Positions 58,521-64,000 of a stretch of DNA of 64,000 bases are shown here, piece by piece. Position 1 is the first letter of the stretch; each line of letters begins with the position of its first letter. Both the position numbers and the translations under genes were made by a program. The stretch lies in assembly GCA_965227515.1 (NCBI GenBank), contig CBDDFZ010000001.1, positions 1,792,001 through 1,856,000 on the forward strand, written 5' to 3'. This DNA is from Alphaproteobacteria bacterium (GTDB lineage: Bacteria > Pseudomonadota > Alphaproteobacteria > CALKHQ01). Below the pieces are notes generated by a model. The model had not been told where the DNA came from. It saw only the letters and a list, made by a program, of their open reading frames with translations, and ran no database searches.

Positions 58521-60044
58521 TGGATGCCTGATCTGTCGTCATCGAGCCAGCCGCGCTATATCGCGCTGGCCGATGCCATCGCCGGCGATATCGTCAAGGG
58601 AACACTCAGGGTGGGGACGCGGCTGCCGACGCATCGCGACCTGGCCTATCGGCTGGGCGTCACCGTCGGCACCGTCTCGCGCGGCTATGCCGAGGCATCG
58701 CGGCGCGGGCTGATCGGCGGCGAGGTCGGCCGCGGCACCTTCGTGCTGGAGCAGTCGGAGCGGGTGGCGTCGGAGCCCAGCGGCAATGCCGGGTGGGGCC
58801 ATGGCGGCGGATCCTTGACGGCGGTGGCTGCGAGCGCAGGTGCGGGAGACGTCGCCTCCGGTGGCAGCGACATGCTGCCGGCGGACTGGTTCGCCAGCCA
58901 TGGCGATCAGACGGACCTGATCGACCTGGCGCCCAACTATCCGCTCATGGACAACATGGGTGGGCTGTTGTCGGAGCTTTTCGCGCGGGTCGGCTCGCCG
59001 CAGAACCTGCTGCCGCTGGCCAGCTACCAACACCCTGCCGGGCGGACCGGGCACCGCGAGATCGCCGCCGAATGGCTTTCCACCTTGGGCATCGAGGCCT
59101 CGCCCGATGAGGTGCTGATCACGCCGGGCTGCCAGGGTGGGCTCACCGCGACCATGAGCGCGCTGACCCGGCCGGGCGACACCGTGCTGGCGGAGGCGCT
59201 GACCTGGCCGGGCGTCGACGCGTTCGGCTGGAACCGGGGCGTGCGGGTGCGCGGCGTGCCGCTGGACGAGTACGGGCCGGTGCCCGAAGCGCTGGATGCG
59301 CTGTGCGGCCAGCTCAAGCCGCGCCTGCTCTACCTGATGCCGACCATGCACAACCCGACCACCACGGTGATGCCGGTGCAGCGTCGCGAGCAGGTGGCGG
59401 AAATCGCCCGCCGCCACGACCTGGTGATCGTGGAGGACCACGTCTACAGCTTCGTGGTCACCGATCCGCCACCGCCGATGCGCGCCTTCGCGCCGGAGCG
59501 CACCATCGCGATCACCAGCATGTCGAAGTGCCTGGCGCCGGCGCTGAGGGTCGGGTTCCTGAACGGCCCGCGCGCGCTGTTGCCGACCATCTGTGCGGCC
59601 CTGCGCGCAACGGTGATGATGACCTCGTCGCTGACGGTCGAGGTGGCGGCCGAGGCGATCCGCTCCGGCGATGCGACGCGGGCGGCGGACTTCCAGCGCG
59701 AGACCGCGCGCCGCCGCCAGTCGTTGGCCGCCAGCATCCTGGGCAACGCGCGCATGCGCCGCCATCCGTCGTCGTTCCACTTGTGGCTGGAAGTGCCGAT
59801 GCCGTGGCGCGTCCATGACTTCGTGGCCGAGGCGCAATTGCGCGGCGTGGCGGTGACCTCCGGCGAGGCGTTCCGCATCCACACCCCCGGCCCGATGGCC
59901 GAGCCCGTGGCCGGTGCGCCGCCGTTCAACGCCGTGCGGGTGTGCCTGAACGCGGCCGCGGACGAGGACCAGCTCGTGCGCGGGCTCGGCATCATCGCCG
60001 ACCTGATCGGCGCCAGCGCGGCCACCTCGCTGCCGGTGATTTAG
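58512..60044 (+). CDS. MocR/GabR family PLP-dependent GntR regulator
   Basis: RLPTHRDLA..GTVSRGY wHTH; PTMHNPT and SMSKCLAPALRVG aminotransferase-like domain. Confidence 0.93.
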   Translation: MTNWMPDLSSSSQPRYIALADAIAGDIVKGTLRVGTRLPTHRDLAYRLGVTVGTVSRGYAEASRRGLIGGEVGRGTFVLEQSERVASEPSGNAGWGHGGGSLTAVAASAGAGDVASGGSDMLPADWFASHGDQTDLIDLAPNYPLMDNMGGLLSELFARVGSPQNLLPLASYQHPAGRTGHREIAAEWLSTLGIEASPDEVLITPGCQGGLTATMSALTRPGDTVLAEALTWPGVDAFGWNRGVRVRGVPLDEYGPVPEALDALCGQLKPRLLYLMPTMHNPTTTVMPVQRREQVAEIARRHDLVIVEDHVYSFVVTDPPPPMRAFAPERTIAITSMSKCLAPALRVGFLNGPRALLPTICAALRATVMMTSSLTVEVAAEAIRSGDATRAADFQRETARRRQSLAASILGNARMRRHPSSFHLWLEVPMPWRVHDFVAEAQLRGVAVTSGEAFRIHTPGPMAEPVAGAPPFNAVRVCLNAAADEDQLVRGLGIIADLIGASAATSLPVI

Positions 60045-60191
60045 AGTCGCCGCTGCCGACCATCCTCCGTCACCCAACCGTCACCGACCCGTCACCCGTC
60101 TGCAATGCCCGTCTGCTACCCAGCGGGCAGGCAATCCATCCCCCTCCGCGGTCCTCGCAACTCGGGGATGGCCACTTCGGGGATGGGGAAT

Positions 60192-62444
60192 ATGAAACAA
60201 TCCGTACAATCGATTGGCCGCGTGCGCGGCCTGCGCGCCGCGTTGCTGGCGACCGCGTCGCTCGGCTGCGCCGTGGGGATCGGCGCCGGTGCTGCCTCGG
60301 CGCAGGACATGCACTTCGCGCGGGTCGCCACCTTGCCGGTCTTCACCAATCTCGGCGACGGCGTCGATCCGGCGACCGAAACGGTGGCCGAGATCGTGGC
60401 GGTGACGCCGGACGGCATGGTGCTGGCGTACACGGACAGCCCCGGCGAGCGGATCGGCTTCGTCGATATCGCCAACCCGGCGTCCCCGTCCGGCGGCGGC
60501 GCGGTGGCGCTTGAGGGCGAGCCGACCTCCATCGGCATCATCGGCGGCGTCGGCTATGCCGGCGTGAACACCTCCGAAAGCTATGTCGCGCCGTCCGGCC
60601 ACGTGGCGGTGATCGACATTCCCGCCCAGCAGGTGGTGGCGACCTGCGACGTCGGCGGCCAGCCCGACAGTGTGGCGGTCAGCCCCGACGGCACGTTCGT
60701 CGCGGTCGCGATCGAGAACGAGCGCGACGAGGACCTCAACGACGGCGTCATCCCGCAGCTTCCCGCCGGCACGCTGGCGGTCCTGGAGATCGGCGAGGAC
60801 AATCTGCCGACCAATTGCGACAGCGTCACCATCGTGGACATGACCGGGCTGGCCGAGGTCGCGGGTGACGACCCCGAGCCCGAATATGTCGACATCAACG
60901 CCGACAACATCGCCGTCGTCACGCTGCAGGAGAACAACCACATCGTGCTGGTCGACCTGGCATCCGGCGAGGTGACCGCGCACTTCTCCGCCGGCACCGT
61001 CGACCTGGACGCCATCGACATCTTGGAGGACGACGTGATCGCCGGCACCGGCAGCCTGGCCGCCGTGCCGCGCGAGCCCGATGCCGTGTCGTGGATCGAC
61101 ACCGCGCGCTTCGTCACCGCCAACGAAGGCGACTACCAGGGTGGGTCGCGCGGCTTCACCATTTTCGACACCGCCGGCCAGGTGCTGTTCGACAGCGGCA
61201 ACAGCATGGAGCATCTGGGCATGGCCTATGGCCACTATCCCGAGGGGCGGGCCGAGAACAAGGGCGTGGAGCCGGAGGGCGTGGATGTCGGCACTTTCGG
61301 GGACGACACGCTGATCTTCGTCAACTCCGAGCGCGGCAACTTCGTCACCGTCTACCGCGACACCGGCGGCGATCCGGAGCTGATCGACTTCCTGCCGACG
61401 GCCGTCGGGCCGGAGGGCATTCTGGCGATCCCGTCCCGCAACCTGTTCGCGGTGGCAACCGAGGTCGACTCCGCGGAAGACAACATCCGCGCCACGGTCG
61501 GGCTCTATCAGCTCACCGAGGGGGCGCCCTCCTATCCGATGGTGCATTCGGTCATCGAGCCGGCGACGGGTGCCCCCATCGGCTGGGGTGCGTTGTCCGG
61601 CCTGGTCGCCGACCCGAGCGACGCCGCCACGGTCTATGCGGTCAACGACAACTTCTACAGCGAGTCCCGCGTCTACACGATGGACGTCTCCGCCGCGCCG
61701 GCCGAGATCACCGACTACATCACGCTGATGAAGGATGGCGCGCCGGCCGGCTATGACCTGGAGGGCGTCGCCATGCGCGAGGACGGCGGCTTCTGGCTGG
61801 TGTCCGAAGGCCGGCTGGACCGCGACCTGCACAACCTGCTGATCCAGGCCGCCGCCGATGGCACGGTCGAGGCCGAGATCATGCTGCCGCAGGACCTGGA
61901 GGCCGATTCGGTGCGCTTCGGGTTCGAGGGCGTGGCCGCCTGGACCGAAGATGGCGTCGAGCGCGTCATTGTCGCCACCCAGCGCGAATGGGGCGACGAC
62001 CCGCAGGGCCACGTCAAGCTGGCGGTCTACACGCCGTCGGAGGAGGCCTGGAGCTTCGTGCGCTATCCGATCGACAAGCCGTCGTCGGCGAACGGCGGCT
62101 GGGTCGGGCTGTCGGAGATCACCTATCTGGGCGACCGCCGGTTCGCGCTGATCGAGCGCGACAACCAGCCGGGCATCTATTCGACCCACAAGGTGGTCAG
62201 CGTCATCGACCTTGCCGGCATCGAGCCGGTGGCGTTCGGCGGCGATCTGCCGGTGGTCGACAAGACCGTGGTGTTCGACCTGCTGCCGGGGATGCGCGCC
62301 GGCAATGGCTGGATCTCCGACAAGCCGGAGGGCCTGGCGGTCACCGCCGACGGCCGCGTCATCGTGGTCACCGACAATGACGGCGTCGACGATGCGACCG
62401 GCGAGACCCAGTTGCTGGTCATCGGCACCGCCGGCGAACTGTAG
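60192..62444 (+). CDS. Secreted alkaline-phosphatase-associated / esterase-like phytase family double beta-propeller
   Basis: Signal peptide; AEIV, GQPDSV, PEPEY, TANEGD, GVEPEG, GFEG and DNDGVDD motifs. Confidence 0.82.
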   Translation: MKQSVQSIGRVRGLRAALLATASLGCAVGIGAGAASAQDMHFARVATLPVFTNLGDGVDPATETVAEIVAVTPDGMVLAYTDSPGERIGFVDIANPASPSGGGAVALEGEPTSIGIIGGVGYAGVNTSESYVAPSGHVAVIDIPAQQVVATCDVGGQPDSVAVSPDGTFVAVAIENERDEDLNDGVIPQLPAGTLAVLEIGEDNLPTNCDSVTIVDMTGLAEVAGDDPEPEYVDINADNIAVVTLQENNHIVLVDLASGEVTAHFSAGTVDLDAIDILEDDVIAGTGSLAAVPREPDAVSWIDTARFVTANEGDYQGGSRGFTIFDTAGQVLFDSGNSMEHLGMAYGHYPEGRAENKGVEPEGVDVGTFGDDTLIFVNSERGNFVTVYRDTGGDPELIDFLPTAVGPEGILAIPSRNLFAVATEVDSAEDNIRATVGLYQLTEGAPSYPMVHSVIEPATGAPIGWGALSGLVADPSDAATVYAVNDNFYSESRVYTMDVSAAPAEITDYITLMKDGAPAGYDLEGVAMREDGGFWLVSEGRLDRDLHNLLIQAAADGTVEAEIMLPQDLEADSVRFGFEGVAAWTEDGVERVIVATQREWGDDPQGHVKLAVYTPSEEAWSFVRYPIDKPSSANGGWVGLSEITYLGDRRFALIERDNQPGIYSTHKVVSVIDLAGIEPVAFGGDLPVVDKTVVFDLLPGMRAGNGWISDKPEGLAVTADGRVIVVTDNDGVDDATGETQLLVIGTAGEL

Positions 62445-62510
62445 TTGCCAAGGCCCGGGCGGCGCCGGATGAGCGTCGCCCGGGGCGGGACCTGATCTCC
62501 GGGTCAGGGC

Positions 62511-63116
62511 CTACCGCCCGAACGCGGTCCACACGTCGCGCACCCGCAATGCCGTGGTCAGCCAGCACATCGCGCCGAACGCGTAGGCGATCCAGACGAA
62601 CGCGCTGGGGAACGCCAGCAGGGCGGCGAAGCAGGCGATGGTCTCGGTGCCCTCGGCCAGCCCACGGGAATGGAAGAACGACTTGTTCTGCACGTTGCTG
62701 GGCTGGCCGCCGTTTTTCTCGACCAGGATGGCGTGGGCCAGGAAGCTGGAGGCCGTGCCCATGAAGCTGAACGCCAGGAACGCGGCGGCAAGCGCGTTTG
62801 CCGGGGCCGCCAGCGCGAAGGCGAACACGAAGCCCGCGTAGAAGATGAAGTCGCAGACGATATCCAGGTAGCCGCCGAAATCGGTCTTGCCATGGGCGCG
62901 TGCGATGGCGCCGTCCAGCCCGTCGGCGATGCGGTTCAGGATCATCAGGAGGGCGGCCAGCCAATAGAGCTGGAACGCGATCGCGGGAATGCACGCCAGC
63001 CCGACCGCGAACCCGGCCAGCGTCATGGTGTTGGCGCCGAGCCCGCGCGACTCCAGGTGCCGCCCGGCACGGTCCAGCGGCGGGTCGATCAGGCGGCGCA
63101 GTTCTCGGTCGATCAT
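62511..63116 (-). CDS. CDP-alcohol phosphatidyltransferase family protein (YnjF-like)
   Basis: DGLDGAIAR...TDFGGYLD motif; GLAEGTET. Confidence 0.9.
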   Translation of the reverse strand: MIDRELRRLIDPPLDRAGRHLESRGLGANTMTLAGFAVGLACIPAIAFQLYWLAALLMILNRIADGLDGAIARAHGKTDFGGYLDIVCDFIFYAGFVFAFALAAPANALAAAFLAFSFMGTASSFLAHAILVEKNGGQPSNVQNKSFFHSRGLAEGTETIACFAALLAFPSAFVWIAYAFGAMCWLTTALRVRDVWTAFGR

Positions 63117-63176
63117 GTCGCGTCGATCATCGCGTATCGGTGTTGCTCAGGGGGCTGTGTGCCCTACACTTGGCAC

Positions 63177-63422
63177 ATGACCGCATCAACCGAAAATCAC
63201 GTGCTCGACACGACCGGGTTGAAGTGCCCGTTGCCGGTGCTGAAGGCGCGCAAGGCGCTGAAGGGGCTGCCGGACGGCGCCATTGTCGAGGTGGTGACGA
63301 CGGACCCCGGCGCGCCCGCCGATTTCCGGCACTTCTGCACGGAGTCCGGGCACCGGCTGGTCGAGCAGCGCCAGCGTGACGACGGCGCCGACGTTTCGGT
63401 CATCGAGAAGGCGTCTGGCTGA
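63177..63422 (+). CDS. TusA/SirA family sulfur carrier
   Basis: LDTTGLKCPLPVLKARK and TDPGA motifs. Confidence 0.9.
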   Translation: MTASTENHVLDTTGLKCPLPVLKARKALKGLPDGAIVEVVTTDPGAPADFRHFCTESGHRLVEQRQRDDGADVSVIEKASG

Positions 63423-64000
63423 CCAGGAAGCTCTCGATCTCCGCGGCGGCGCGCGCCAGCGCCTCGCCAGGGTCGGCATCGCCCAGGTAGATGCGCCTGA
63501 GCGCGTTGGTCGCGATATCCGCGATCTCCTCCCACTCCGGCACCAGCGGCTCGAAGCGCGCCTGCGCCAGCGTCCGGGCGAAGGGCCCCATCACCGGATC
63601 GGCGGTCACGGCCTCACTGTCGGCCACGGCCGTGGTGACCGGCACGAACCCTTCGGTCTCCAGGAACTCCACCCGCCATTCCGGCGAAAACAGGACGTCG
63701 AGGAACGCAATCGCGTCCGGGTTTTCGGTTGCACCGGCCATCAGGACGACCGAGTCCGTGACCCCGTAGCTCGTTGTTTCGGTGCCGGCCGGCACCGGCG
63801 CCACAACGACATCCAGGGTCGGCGCCTCCTGGGCCAGACGGGATGCCAGCCAAGGCCCGGTGATCACCATGCCCAGGTCGCCGGCGACGAACATATCCTG
63901 CAGGGTGGCGCGGTTGCTGCCCGCAACGTCGGGCTGGGTGGCCCCGGCTGCGATCATGCCGCTGTAGAGCGTGGCGGCGGCCCGCGCGGCATCGCTGTCC
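63400..64000 (-). CDS. Carbohydrate ABC transporter substrate-binding protein, 5' part beyond window
   Basis: F..GDLGMVITGPW and YGVTDS motifs; frame open to the window end. Confidence 0.75.
   Translation of the reverse strand, partial: DSDAARAAATLYSGMIAAGATQPDVAGSNRATLQDMFVAGDLGMVITGPWLASRLAQEAPTLDVVVAPVPAGTETTSYGVTDSVVLMAGATENPDAIAFLDVLFSPEWRVEFLETEGFVPVTTAVADSEAVTADPVMGPFARTLAQARFEPLVPEWEEIADIATNALRRIYLGDADPGEALARAAAEIESFLVSQTPSR

Noticed and set aside
60162-60187. Short direct repeat TCGGGGATGG x2 upstream of the phytase-like gene as a Pho box
   Set aside because: Does not resemble the CTGTCAT 11-bp-period Pho box; too short to support a call.
8149-62189. Long opposite-strand ORFs (e.g. 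8149-11346, 21614-24358, 30408-32420, 40314-42146, 52479-54155, 58539-60077, 60081-62189)
   Set aside because: Typical high-GC antisense shadows of well-supported genes; no family motifs.

Overview
High-GC (about 65-70% by eye) chromosomal window from an alphaproteobacterium, probably Rhodospirillales-like judging by the yejABEF-hisN-cycM-kdsB-pheA-ispZ and mnmA context. It is mostly housekeeping and metabolic genes: a large NAD-glutamate dehydrogenase, a Yej peptide ABC transporter, an acyl-CoA ligase/Liv-type ABC/PaaK-like cluster, glpD, an Ada/Ogt-like gene and a MocR regulator. The strongest signal is a complete IS110-family element (about 746-1899, minus strand). Its non-coding end carries a bridge RNA that can be read by eye. 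Four guide segments sit in two internal loops and match the reconstructed target (GGAATGG-AT-CCTCG) and donor (ACGGAAG-AT-TGCAT), with an AT core. A -35/-10 promoter forms only at the circle junction. The element sits inside a CGTC/TGTC-tagged REP-like doublet, and at least seven other REP-like doublets plus two CTAG-flanked palindromes are scattered through intergenic regions. Other oddities are a diheme CycM-like cytochrome with an acidic 10-aa repeat linker, three coupled paralogous secreted helical+beta-propeller proteins, a MoaD/ThiS + BNR propeller pair with no E1, and two low-GC single-gene insertions (one an HNH nuclease). No tRNA, rRNA or CRISPR array was seen. All calls come from reading motifs by eye; no database searches were run.
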